Assembly (NCBI RefSeq): GCF_009834535.1
Contig: NC_045697.1
Span: 83,330,001 to 83,394,000, forward strand
Direction: 5' to 3'
Source: Camelus ferus
Lineage: Eukaryota
DNA: 64,000 nt
Within the stretch, counting starts at the first letter, position 1. Every line of letters starts with the position of its first letter. The notes beneath the pieces were generated by a model. That model searched no databases and had not been told where the DNA came from. It saw only the letters and a list, made by a program, of their open reading frames with translations. Both the position numbers and the translations under genes were made by a program. Shown here piece by piece: positions 1 to 12,230 of this stretch.

Positions 1-676
1 ATTTACAAAATCAGAATAGATGCAAATTATATGTTCAAAATATTAGCGTTATATAAAGACTTCCATGAAATGATCTATTTTTGCCCAAGGAGGGACCTAC
101 AAATACCATGCAAGATAAATTCTCTTAAAATTATAAGGTTTATTACTTTAATGAATGCTACTTATTATTAGTGCTGAGCTACAAAGAAAAATAAACAATG
201 GGCTATATAAAAAGAGTTAAATCAATGTGGGAAATGACCACTATTAAAAGAAGACTATAAGGAATGTAAATAATCAAGAGGCATTAACAAAATAGAGTTT
301 GCTGTGTACTTGGAATAATAAAATTAATTTTTATAATTACAAATCACATTTTGTTCTTGCCATGTATCTAGAAAGATAAATCTTGTCACTTTGTTGAGAG
401 GTTGTGACAAGGGATTTTTTTTTTCCAAAACAAAATACAATAAACCAAAAAAAGAAAACACTTGTTCAAAAATTTTAAAAAGGCAGCCAAATATTCAAGG
501 GTTGGGAGGAGGGGGACTTTTGTTGTTTGTTTTTAAATTCATAACAACAAACATGGAGTACTACTTATTTTAAATCTAACTTTGGAAATCAAAGATTCTG
601 CCTGCCAGAAACTAGCTAGCTGTTTTATAAAACATGTCATCTATTATTGTATGATATACCTCAAGTAAAAGGTTTG

Positions 677-3600
677 GACTGCCAGTTTCCAGGCCAGCAT
701 GTAAGAAGCTTGGAAGTTGTCACTCATAACAACAAGTAAAAAGCTAAACAAACTAAAAAGTCAGTACTCTTCTTGGATCCTCCAGAAAGTGAGGTCACTG
801 GCAAGACTACTCCCCTCAAATTGGAGAAACAGACAGGCAAATACAGAGAATCACAACTTGCTGAAGCAGAAACCTCCACAGAAACCAGTGTTGGGCTACT
901 TTGATCCAGTACATCATGTCTGGTGATCAAGAAAAATTTACATGGCATATTAAAAGGCAAAAAACACAGTTTGAAGAGACAAAGCAAGCATCAGAACCAG
1001 ACTCAGATTTGGCACGGATGTTGGAATTATTAGACCAGGCATTTAAAGCAACTGTGATTAGAAGCAAAGGTCTTTAACAGACAAAACAGACATAATCCAA
1101 GAACAGATGCATCATGAAAACAGAGACCGAAATTCTAAGAAAGAATCAAAACAAATGCTAGAGATAAAAAGCACTGTAGCAAAACTGAAGAGTGTCTTTG
1201 ATGGGCCCATTAGTAGACTCTACACAGATGAAGAAAGAATATCTGAGCTTGAGGAAGTGTCAATAGAAACTTCCGAAACAGAAAAACAAAGAGAAAAAAA
1301 GACTGGGAATAAAAAGAAAGAAGAGAATATCCAAGAACTGTGGGACAACTACAAAAGTGTAACAGACACCTAGTGAAAATTCTAGGAGGAGAAGAAAGAG
1401 AGAAAAGAACAGAAGAAATATTTGAGCAATCATGACAGAATATTTCAAAATTAATGTTAGACACCAAACTACAGACCCATTTCACCAAGTAGAATAAATG
1501 CAAAAAAACAAAAAATCTAAAAAACTATACTCAGGCATACCATAGTCAAACTGTGGAAAATAAAGCCAGAAGAGAAAAAACTTACCTATAGAGGAGTAAT
1601 GATAATAATTACATCTGAATTCTGCAAATCAATGCAAAAAAGGAGAGTGGAATAAAATATTTGAAGCATTAATAGAAAAACAAAACACTAACCTAGAATT
1701 CTTTACCCTGAAAAATTATCCTTCAAACATGGAGAAATAAAGACTTTCTCAGACAAACAAAAACTGAGGGTATCAGTTGCCAGTAAACCTGACTGCAAGA
1801 AATGTTAAAAGAAGTTCTTCATAGAGAAGGAAAATGATATAGATCAGAAATTTTAAATTACATGATAGCACGAAGAACACTGAAGAAGGAATAAGTAAAG
1901 ATAAAATTAAAACCTCTATTTTTCTTATTTTTAATTCATACAACATTTGTTCAAAATAATAATAGAAACAAAGTATTCAATTATATGTTTATCTATCTGC
2001 TTATACATGCTTATATATAAATAAAAAGTGTGACAACAATAATATAAGTGACAGGAGGGAGGAATTAGGATTATTTTGTTATTATAATGGCCCTCACACT
2101 ACCTACGAGGTGGTAGAATGCTATCATAAAGTAGACTTGGATTAGTTGTAAGTGTATATTGCAAATTCTGGACCACCACCAAAAATTTTTTTAAGTATAG
2201 CTATTATGCTAAGGAAGAAGATAAATGGGATCATATAAAATTCTCAATTAAAACTATAAATGGCAGAAGAGTGGAAGACAAAAATAGAAACAAAGAACAA
2301 GGACAAGGAATAGAAAATAGTAACAAATATGGTAGACATTACTCTAACTAGGTCAATATTCATTTTAAACATCAATGGCCTAAATATACTAATTAAAAGA
2401 CAGGGATTGTCAGAGTTGAACAAGAACCAAGACCCAGTTATATGTTGTCTATAAGAAACCCACTTTAAATATGAAGACACATAAAGATTTAACAGTAAAT
2501 CAAGGAGAAAGATATATCGTGCTAGTACTAACCAAAGGAAAGCAGGAGTACCTATATTAATTTCAGACAGAGCAGACTTCAGAGCAAGGAAAGTTGTCAG
2601 GGATAAACAGGGACATAGTGTAGTGATAAAGAGGTCTGTTCTCTAAGAAGACATAACAGTTGTTAATGTGTTTACACCTAACAAGAGAGTGTCAAAATAT
2701 GTGAGACAAAAACTGATAAACTGCAAAGAGAAATAAATGAATCTACCACTACTATTGGAAACTTCAACACCTCTCTATCAGATAAGGACAGCTCCAGCAG
2801 GCAGAAAATGAGCAAGGACATAGTTGAACTCAACATCACCATCATTGCTATGTATTGTCTGTTTCATCCAACAATAGCAGAATACACATTCTTCTCAAGC
2901 TCACTTGAGACAGACCACATTCTGGGCCATAAAACATACCTTAACAAATTTAAAAGAAAAGAAATCATACGATGTCTGCTATCACAGCACAATGGAATTA
3001 AACGAGAAATCAGTAACAAAGATAGCTGTAAAATCTCAAAATACTGGAGAATTGAACAACACACTTCTAAATAACATATGAGTCAGAAGAAATCTCAAGA
3101 GAATTTTAAAAAATATTTTGAACTAAATGAAAATGAAAATACTTAAAATTTGTGAAATGCAGGGAAAGCAGGTTAGAGGGAAATTTATAGCACTGAATGC
3201 ATACATTAGGAAAGAAGAAGATCTAAAATTGGTCATCTAAGCTTCCACTTTCAGAAACTAAAAAAAATGGGCAAATTAGATCCAAAGAGGAGCCAAAGTA
3301 AGCAAAAAAGAAGAAAAATTAGAAAAATAAAATAAAATTGAAAACAGGAATCAATAGAGAAAATCAACAAAAATAAAAGCTAGCTCTTTGAAAAGATCAA
3401 TAAGTTTGATAACCCTCTAGCCACGATAACTAAGAAATAAAGAGAAGATACAAATCACTAACACCAGAAATTTTAAAAGGAGACATCACTAAATATCCCA
3501 TGAACATTAAAAGGATAATAAAGGAAAAGTAAAACTAGCTCTGGCTCAAACATTTGTAACTTAGATGAAGTGGACAAATTCCTTGAAAGAAACAATCTGT

Positions 3601-3965
3601 CAATAATCATACCAAGAAAAAATAGAAAACAGAAGACAAGACATGGACAAGGAGAAAATATTTGCAGAAGATATATCTGACAAAGGATTGTTATGGAAAA
3701 TAAACAAAGAACTCTTAAATTTCAATGATAAGAAAAAACCCAAATTGTATAGTCACATTGGTAAATAGTTTGGCAGTTTTTTCCTAAGCTAAATATAATG
3801 ATGCGTCAATGCAGTTCATTGATTGTAACAAATGTACCATTCCAGTATGAGATTTCGATAGCTGGGGAGGCCAGGTGTATGTGGGGGCAAAGGACATAGG
3901 AAATTTCTGTATCTTACATTCAACTTCACTATGAACCTAAAACTACCCTAAAAACAAGGTCTATT
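677..3965 (+). mobile_element. Old LINE-1 (L1MC/L1MD-like), internally deleted: 5' region, ORF1 remnant, ORF2 endonuclease region, short ORF2 C-terminal pieces, 3' UTR
   Basis: ORF 1107-1373 reads like L1 ORF1 (ISRL..EERISELEE..NIQELWDNYK). Endonuclease motifs LNINGLN (~2365), CCL*ETH with a premature stop (~2443), GNFNTSL (~2758) and DHILGHK (~2913). Jumps to late ORF2 at ~3625. L1MC/MD-like 3' UTR 3800-3965. Confidence 0.9.
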
Positions 3966-4783
3966 GAATAATTTAAGGATAAATTTTACAGAAAAGGTTT
4001 CAGTGCTTGCTACAGATAGAAGTAATGCATCTGGATTAATGTAATAGAATTTTTTAGTTTCCATGTTTTCATTATTTAGTTAAATTTGCATTATATATAC
4101 ATCATGCTATAAAATAATTTAATAATTAAAAATAAGCATTGCTTCTGATTGCAAGATAGAAGATTCTGAATTATCCATTATTTTTGTATACCTATAAGTT
4201 TAAAAGATAAAAAATATCTACATTAAAATAAAAATATTAAGAGGCTGAAGAGATTTATAGGTCTCACATCCCCTCACTCCCCTAAAAGCACAATTTGCCA
4301 AAAAAGCAAAGATTCTTCTATATGCTTTTTGAGGATATTATGGGACATTCTGCAAAGTCATAGAAGGATTTAAATAAATATTTCATTCATTAAACGCACA
4401 GGGGATTTACAAGTAAAAGAAATGTCATTGCTTCTGAAGACTTCATGCCTAGATGAATACAAGTGCTCCATCCCAGAAAGGTATACAATCCATTATCAAT
4501 TAATTATTAAGCACCTACCATATATTCCACCATCATAAACATTGAATATAATATAAAGAAAGACTACACAAGGCCCTGTAATATTACCAGGAAAGGGAAG
4601 AAATAAAGGTTTCAAATGGAGATTGTATATGAATTGCAGAATGGGTGAAATTGGGAGCACAGACGTATTAATTTAAATATAATTATTTCTTTTGTTTTAT
4701 TATAATTATATGAAAAGGATTTTTTGTAACAATAAAACAAAAAGTTAAACTAATGGCACAGTTGTCTTCTCCACCCATAAAGA

Positions 4784-4849
4784 CTCAAGTCATATTTCTT
4801 TTGTGTTGTTGTCATTGTTATTGTTCAAGGGTCTCAAGTCATATTTCTT
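4784..4849 (-). repeat. 17-bp direct repeat around a 32-bp insert; probable target-site duplication of a tiny retro-insertion
   Basis: ctcaagtcatatttctt at 4784-4800 and 4833-4849; the insert is A-rich on the minus strand. Confidence 0.75.
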
Positions 4850-4899
4850 ATTCCTAATTTCCATAAGCAAAGAAAAGACTGGTCATAAAATTATACTAT

Positions 4900-5175
4900 G
4901 AATCCCTTTTGTAATATATAGGTACATATGTTTACATGTGAATATATATGTATAAAATACATGCCATTGCACATATGTTAATAAATAAAAGAATTATATT
5001 GATACTAATACATATATAACATATAGAGAAAAGTCTGGATGTATATATAAAAAAACCTTAACAGTGGTTATTCCTAGGTAATAGACATAATTTTATCTGA
5101 TTAATGATTCTTCTTATTTTGTTTTACTTTCCAGTGATCATGAATTGTGTTCATAATCCTGAAAAATAACAAGTT
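4900..5175 (+). mobile_element. Old L1 (L1ME-like) 3' UTR fragment
   Basis: Segment aaagtctggatgtatatat...ttaacagtggttattcctagg resembles L1ME 3' ends. Confidence 0.45.
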
Positions 5176-6219
5176 CATAAAAAGACTAATTTCTAAAATT
5201 TAAAATTTACATAGTAAAATATTCATATTTCAGTCCACCATAAAATTAACAGTAGTTTCCAAGAAAAAAAATAAGTAGACAAATAGTCGTAAAGGAAGTG
5301 AAAGGCTCCAAACAAAATATTTTTAACTCTGATTCTATCAAGATCTGAATATACAAACTTGAACTAATTTAATAATTTTGAAAACCCTGTTATTTAGAAG
5401 AAAAGATGATTATATACATCATATGATTACAGTAATAACTTACAACAAAATCGCAGTTTGGGAAAAAAACACGAGTCACCTACATGTTTCTGAATGCTAA
5501 AAATAAAAGGAAAAAAAGGGAGGAAAAGTATTTTGTTTCACACATATTTAACTACTATTTTACTTGCAACTCTTCACTGATTAAAGAAGTCAATTTTGAC
5601 CAGAATAGTTATAATGGATCATCCCACAGCAAGAAGTTAGTCAGCCTCTGTGATTGATTCAGCCTACTATAGAAAAGCTACTAAACAGTAACTTTTCTGT
5701 CCTTTATAATTTAATATGACAAACATAATGTGGTGACAATAGTCATGGACATGCAGTAACTACTCAAAAGATTATGATACAAATTTTTATGAGTTGCATG
5801 TAAGTTATTTTTAAGAGTTTGAGAACATAACCAACATTTGGAAAGTGTTTTCATGTTTCATAATACACATTGCTTTGTTCTTACCAGCAGTGGCCAAATA
5901 AGACACGTTAACAAAGATTTCATCTATTTAAAACTCTTCTCTAAACGTTGTGGATTGTTTTCTTTGGTGTAGGGGGGTGAGTGATTTTAGAAATATATCA
6001 ATAGAACAGCTAGTCATTTTACTGGAAAATTAATTAGAAACAAAACCTTATCCTCGGTAATACATGTGTGCATATAAAGTAATGATGGGAAAAGGTAAAT
6101 AGACGCATTTAAACATAATTTCCACAAATTGTTAGTTGTAGTTTAAATCACATATAAAAATGTAGTTGTAACTCCAAAAACTATCCTAATTCACAGCAGA
6201 GATTTTGTCAGAACCGTTT

Positions 6220-6483
6220 TTATCCCTCATGCATTTTTATTACTTTATTAGGCACATAACAGGGTGAAAGGGTACACAAGCCGTTAAGCCCCGTTAACAA
6301 GCCGTGGTACACTTGCATTTCAGCTCCACAAGGCTTCTGTTGTTTTGGCTTTTTTCAAGCCCTCTGATATTCTGTGCATCACAGACCATATTTGATTAAG
6401 AAGAACGTGTTCTTGCAACATCTGTCCAGTTACATTCAAACTGCCTCCTATCAACACAACATTCTCTTGGAGTCTTTCTATTC
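6220..6483 (-). other. Candidate terminal exon of a minus-strand transcript (coding status unknown)
   Basis: Acceptor ttttttcccctttggcacccatcag|GAATAG; one frame open to TGA at 6322-6320; two AATAAA on the minus strand (6249-6244, 6241-6236); no repeat recognised. Confidence 0.35.
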
Positions 6484-7179
6484 CTGATGGGTGCCAAAGG
6501 GGAAAAAATATACTCCCCAAGGTCACCAGAATTCATTAAATAGAGTCAACAATGATACAGTTCAGGGGGAAAAAAAATCTTCGCAAATCTGTATACAACA
6601 TTACATTCACAAAATATTGGTTTAATCTTAAAGGAATCAAGAGAAATAGCAAGGGAACGTAGTCAGAAATGGTGACAGATGCTTCTCAGCTAGTGTGGTC
6701 TTCTGCGTCATATGGGTGCCAGAATATAAATCAGGTAATCCACCACTCAGGGCACTGAGCAGAAGTCAAATCATGTGGCCGGGCCAAGCAGGACGGATTT
6801 AATTAGGAAGACTGCAGCATAATATTCACATAATCTCCTAAAATTTCATTTTGCCCAGCTAAGCCCTAGTTATTTTCAGAGCTCTCTCATCAGTGGGGAA
6901 GAGTTCCCAAAAGATTACCTGAACTTGTCTCATTAATTCAACCTCAAAGAAGGGCTGGGACTATATGTGTCCGGACACTAGTCTTGACACTGAACAGGGC
7001 TAAAATAGGCAGAGGTAGCACTGGCTGAAAGAAAAATCCCCAGTCAGGCTTCTTCAAAAGTGTAATGGCACTTTGCATACAGATTTGTGGGACTAGCAGT
7101 CTTTGAGTACAGGGATGGCTTTTTTTTTTTTTTTTCAAATTAAATATCAACTGATCAGTGATGCTTACCATGAAAATCT

Positions 7180-7396
7180 TTTTTAAAATTATAATTCTGA
7201 TGCCTCATATCTTGATTTTTTCCATCAATTTATTACCTCCTGTTATATTACTTACATATTATGTTTATTTTTTTACTATCTTTGCTCCACTACAATTGTA
7301 AATTTTTGTTTTGTATCATTTACTAATATACCTTAAGTGTTTAAAATAATACCTGACACACAGAAGAGGATCAATAAAGTTTGTTAAAAGAATAAA
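7180..7396 (+). mobile_element. L2 3' end fragment
   Basis: Ends in cctgacacacagaagaggatcaataaagtttgttaaaagaataaa, a decayed L2 tail. Confidence 0.55.
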
Positions 7397-7413
7397 ACTT
7401 CTTGGGGCAAGAA

Positions 7414-7560
7414 GAGGGAGGCTGTAGCTCAGTGGTAGAGTGCATGCTCAGCATGCACAAAGTCCTGGGTTCAATCCCTAGTACCTCTATTTAAAAAAAT
7501 AACAATAATAAATAAATAAATAAACCTAGTTACGAACCCCCCAAAATAAACAATTTTTTT
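7414..7560 (+). mobile_element. Camelid tRNA-derived SINE (Vic-1-like)
   Basis: A box tagctcagtgg, B box gggttcaatccc (7467-7478), palindromic gtgcatgctcagcatgcac, A-rich tail with aaacctagttac motif. Confidence 0.9.
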
Positions 7561-7819
7561 TAATTTATGAATTTTCAAGAATTTCTCTTGGACTTTCTCC
7601 TTTAGGAAGGGCTCTGTAGTGAAAAAAAGTTCTGGATATTTATGAAGTCCAAACAACGCAATCCCCAGTCATGGATACTGAGTTCTGTGCTCTCCTTACA
7701 GAAGGAAACCCTGAGGGCAATGGCTCACCACCTGGACACTAAAGACAACTGCAGCTGGAAGGAACAGGTGTCCTGGGAAAAAAGCAAGCACATGAGTGCA
7801 GGACAACAAGCTTCACCAC

Positions 7820-7960
7820 CTCGTAACTGCCCACATTTAGGCACATGTTTTAGCCTCAATTTTCTCAAAATAAGGGTATTACCTACTTGGCAGATTTACT
7901 GTGAGAATGAAATGAGATTATAGGCATAAAGCATTTATTGAAGAGCTAGGCACATTCAGA
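7820..7960 (+). mobile_element. MIR SINE fragment
   Basis: Core-like agcctcaattttctcaaaataaggg...gtgagaatgaaatgagat. Confidence 0.6.
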
Positions 7961-8465
7961 AATTGATTATTCCCTTGCCCTCAGACTCAAGTCCACAAGA
8001 ATTGAATTCTTAGCCTTCTCTACCACAAGTAAGTCCTTGCTTAAAATCTCAATGCCCAAGCCAGAAACACTGACCTTTTAACTGAGTGTTGGCACCCACC
8101 CTCTACCCCCCTGCGACAAACCACTCACCGCCCCGAACCTCTTCCCACTCCAGGCTGCAGGGCTCTCCATGAACTGTTTGCTGGCCCTCTGCTCGGATGG
8201 ACACGCTGCTCATTTCTTGAACTGCTTAAAGAGCCTTAGCCTCAGCTCTTGGGTCACCTGTCCTTTCCTCTCAAGGCTCATTTCTCAAGTCACTACCCTT
8301 TAGTATGGCCCCTTGTTTCCACACAAGATACCTGTTTAATGAGAGGAGGGCATGTCACTTGAGTTCAACCCTGCAGGTCACCCTGCCTTCCTCAGCCCCG
8401 CCAGTCTCTCAAGCTCTGGAACCCAGGGTCTAAAAGACCTTCACGTCAACAAAATGCCTCATGTA

Positions 8466-8624
8466 AGAGGGGAGGGTATAGCTCAAGTGGTAGAGCTCAT
8501 GTTTAGCATGCTTAGCATGTGAGATCCTCGGTTTAATTCCCATGTACCTCCTCTAAAAATAAACAAGCCTAATTACCCCCCACCAAAATAAAATAATTAA
8601 ATAATAAATAAATAAAATATTTTT
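8466..8624 (+). mobile_element. Camelid tRNA-derived SINE (Vic-1-like) with 14-bp TSD
   Basis: Head ggggagggtatagctcaagtggtagag; A-rich tail; TSD aaatgcctcatgta at 8452-8465 and 8625-8638. Confidence 0.93.
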
Positions 8625-8859
8625 AAATGCCTCATGTAGCTTGAAAGAAAAAAATCATTTTTGATTTAAGGAGTACATAGAGGGTAGCTCCTGAGATTGA
8701 TATTTCAAAAATTAACTTTAGGAGGAAAGCTGAGCAATCACACAGAGCTGTTTCTTAGTGGAGCTGACGATGCGGGAAGCATATTCATGGGTCCAGGCTA
8801 ATTGTATTTCCTTAGTGTTGCTCAAACCATCTGTCTCAACTTGTCACTGTTGCATCTAC

Positions 8860-9000
8860 AGCCCCAGTTTAGGTCCGAGCCATCTCTTGACTGGACTACA
8901 GTCACTGACTCATAATTAGCCTCACTAATCAGTCCTGTTAGCCCCTAATCCCTTCTTCACAGACACACCAGTGCCTAGAATGATAACCTGACCTTCTGAC
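8860..9000 (+). mobile_element. L2 fragment
   Basis: catctcttgactggactacagtcactgactcataattagcctc is typical of L2. Confidence 0.5.
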
Positions 9001-9004
9001 TGGT

Positions 9005-9280
9005 TAGAAACCTTAGTGACACACGGTACAAAGTAAAACGTGTAAATAAGTGATAATCAAAATCTGGTTCCACCAATTGTTTGTCAACAATTCATGGTTA
9101 GGAAAGCACAGAAATTGAGAGCAGGCACTTAGAATCTTTTATAGCAATTTGCCACTGCTTACCACGCCAAGCATTTGGTTGTATATTTGATAAACCTATG
9201 TCGCCATCATTTTGGAAATTTCAAAATAATAATAATAAAGTAAAACTGGTCCCTTACTATAGATAGTTGAGAAACCCTAG
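9005..9280. mobile_element. hAT-Charlie-type non-autonomous DNA transposon remnant (MER119-like)
   Basis: cagaaattgagagcaggcacttagaatcttttatagcaatttg and end gttgagaaaccctag resemble Charlie MITEs; subfamily uncertain. Confidence 0.4.
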
Positions 9281-9414
9281 TCTAATCTTAACAAGATGTA
9301 CAAAATCAATACCTACCTCCCATCAGTCTCTCCAGCTGTGTCTTCTGATTTCCCAAGCTAAGATTTTTATCCAGCAATTTCAGTTCACCTACAGGTTAGT
9401 ACACCCATCAGTTA

Positions 9415-9620
9415 ACCACAGCGGAGTGATTAAAATACCGGACACTGAATCTTAACCTCAGCTCTGTCACTTACTGGCTGTGTAGCCTTGGGGAACTTCC
9501 ACATTCAGTGCCATTGTTTCCCCACACACAGAATTAGAATAGTAACAGCTGCTCCATATGTTTGTTGGGAAGGTGACATGGTTTAAAGCATCCCTTAAAA
9601 CAGTTCTTGATTAAATAAAT
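9415..9620 (+). mobile_element. MIR SINE
   Basis: ctcagctctgtcacttactggctgtgtagccttggggaac matches the MIR core. Confidence 0.7.
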
Positions 9621-10443
9621 GATGAGATTCTTATTATTTTTAAAATTATTTCATTAAAGTATTATTTTATTAAAATATTAATATTTTTTATTATTTCCAT
9701 TTGTTACTGGTGTGTTCTCTCTGCCATCCTCTAACTTTGCTTCTGACTGATTTCTAATCAACTTTAAAGACAAATCAGACTTCACCTTCTCCACAAGCCC
9801 TACGTGGTTTTCCTAGGCTGATTTGTGGGCGTGTTTTGTGTTGCGCTGTCACCCTAACCCAGTACCTCCACCAGGGCATTCACCACACGGTGTAATAATT
9901 ATCTCTTTATGTGTCTGTTTCCTCTACCGTGATGAGAATGTAACACAAATAAAGTGCTTAATCCATATTAACAGACCCCATAAACACATATTTAACTGAT
10001 TCCATTTTGATCCTTAGAAGGATCCACGTTCACATGTCTTAACCATTTCAATCAAGCACTGACTCCCAAAAGAAAACCTGGGTGGGATGAGGTGCTTCTA
10101 GTGCCTGAGTAAGGTAACTTGGGATCAGAGCTTCTTGGTTTGACCTCCTTGCACTTAGTGTTGGCCTTGAAAGTTCAGACAGAACATGTATGAATCCCAG
10201 AGAAACCTGAAGTTATTGACTACGTACAACTTGGTCCATGCTGTGAAGATAGGTCTCTGCCCTCATCTGAATCTTCTATGGCATTATTAATGTAAAGAGT
10301 GTTAAGAAAGAGATTTACAGTTTTCTTCATAATTAATCCATTTTTTACTTCTTATTATGCTTTTGACCATAAGTCCAATTATTTAGAGAAGCAGAGAAAA
10401 GCTCGATTTTAAACTGAAGTAAAAAAAAAGCATCCATTAACAA

Positions 10444-10485
10444 TGAATCTAATTAGTTACAGCCCTCTGTAACTAATTAGATTCA
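10444..10485. repeat. Perfect 19-bp inverted repeat with 4-nt spacer
   Basis: tgaatctaattagttacag-ccct-ctgtaactaattagattca. Confidence 0.97.
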
Positions 10486-11470
10486 AAGGTGGCAGTATTT
10501 TTGAAAGAATTCTAGTCTCATTATAAAATAGCTAAAATCCCCAATTATCAATGACTATATTTAAAAAAAAAACTGACATTCAAACACCATTAATAACCAT
10601 CATGAAATCATAATCGATCATGCTACTGCAAGCCTCTTCATAATCTTTATTAAATAGAGCCTGGAAGAAAAACAAAGATTTGTCTGGGTATAGATTTCTC
10701 AGAAATACATAAAGACCATGCAAATTACACTATATCAACAGGTCCAAGGCTATAAAGAAATCAGTCCTTTGAGGAAAAAACATAACAAAGTGGAAAATAC
10801 AATCAACTTAAATGATGGAGTACTTTTAGTTATCCAGGATAAAGAAGGAGGAGGAGTAACAAGAACAACTTCAAACTGCAGATAACCTAAAATATTTCAG
10901 TAAATAATTTCACGCTTTCTTCTACCACTAATCTACTTTTAAAAGGCATGAGCACATAATTACAGTCTGTTTGAGTTTGGGCTCTTTCCTGTGGTCTTAT
11001 TCAGTGTCTGATTAGGTGCTGAGAGCTAGAACACAACCAAACACGTGGGGAGAAAGAAGGACAAAGAAAGTGCAAGTCTAGAAGACCCCACTCTGAATCC
11101 TGGACTGAAAGGTACTTTCCTTTCTACATGTTCACAGGCTCAAGGTCACATATACAACATCCTGTAGGAAATTTAAAAGAAAGAAAAATACTAGAATTTT
11201 GAAAATTGTATCTGAAAGGTCATTAATACTATGCATGGCTTTAGAAAACAGGCTCTTTTAATTGCTATTTAATTTGAGCAATTTCTGTAAAATATTTAAT
11301 GATGTTCATTGAAAGATGCAAACAGCAAAAACACAAAGTAAAATAATTCTAACCTCTCATCCTGTAACATATGGTGATGAAAAAGTGAAAACAGTCAGAA
11401 GGAAAGGCACCCCAACAATAGGAAACTTTTACAGGTAGTTCTTAGGTCAGAAATTGTTCTCTGTCTATAC

Positions 11471-11637
11471 TTAGGGATATTTATTAAACTCCTTCCAGGG
11501 CAGCAACACTGAAAAAGTATTTTGCGCGAGATACTCTTGCAGACGACTGATGCAAATGCTAACTCGTTCTTTGGGATAATCACACCTCCAGGGTTTTAGC
11601 ATTATGTGGCTCTGTGCAGATGCAAGTAATATATCAT
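11471..11637 (-). other. Candidate internal exon (probably non-coding)
   Basis: Acceptor cacattcttatttctctag|ATGATA; weak donor TAA|gtatag; unique sequence with several retained CpGs; all three frames contain a stop. Confidence 0.25.
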
Positions 11638-12019
11638 CTAGAGAAATAAGAATGTGGTGGTTGGAATTTGATGAGATCAAAAGGGAAAAATGTGTACTTT
11701 AAAAACTAAATGCAGAAAAATTTCAAGTGAAGAAACCATGCTCTTTACAAAATTAGTTTAGCAACTCTATTATCAGTAAGAAATGATATGTTGCCAGCAC
11801 GAGTTATTGATGTGGAAAAGGTCGTCATTAATAAAATAAATGAGGCCCAACATGGGGAAAAAATTATCAACCAAAACAAGAATGGAAATACAATTCAGGT
11901 CATTTCTGACTAAGGTTGTCATCCCAAAATCTGGGTAAGGAGGGCATGATACTAAGGTCATTGCCAGCTCATTGTCTTCCCAATTAACAAAACACCATAG
12001 TAACCCCCTGAATCAATAG

Positions 12020-12230
12020 ATCTAATACGTGATTTTTAACAGTTGCATAATAGACCATAAAAAAGATGTATCACATTTATTCAAGCATTCGGCTATTGAT
12101 GGATATTTGGGGTTTCTCTTTTGTCCTTTTTGCTGCTACACTCAAGGACATTTATTCTTGTGCAAATATACTTAAGTCCTTTCACTTTTGTTTGTATAAA
12201 TCTGATTCCTAAAACTAGTTCAAATGATGT
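12020..12230 (-). mobile_element. Old L1 (L1ME-like) fragment
   Basis: tttttaacagttgcataatag...tattgatggatatttgggg matches antisense L1 ORF2 end. Confidence 0.55.

Noticed and set aside
1107..3074. ORFs 1107-1373 and 2808-3074 as host genes
   Set aside because: They are fragments of L1 ORF1 and the ORF2 endonuclease, with stops and frameshifts around them
5885..5923. 39-nt minus-strand micro-exon (donor CTG|gtaaga; could read MKSLLTCLIWPLL or xEIFVNVSYLATA)
   Set aside because: The acceptor lacks a polypyrimidine tract and neither peptide is recognisable
7414..8560. tRNA genes at 7414 and 8468 (and 19082)
   Set aside because: A and B boxes are present, but the A-rich tails, TSDs and lack of an acceptor stem identify them as tRNA-derived SINEs
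10560..11190. Strong minus-strand acceptors at ~10661 and ~11162
   Set aside because: No convincing donor or open frame follows; such sites are common in A-rich DNA
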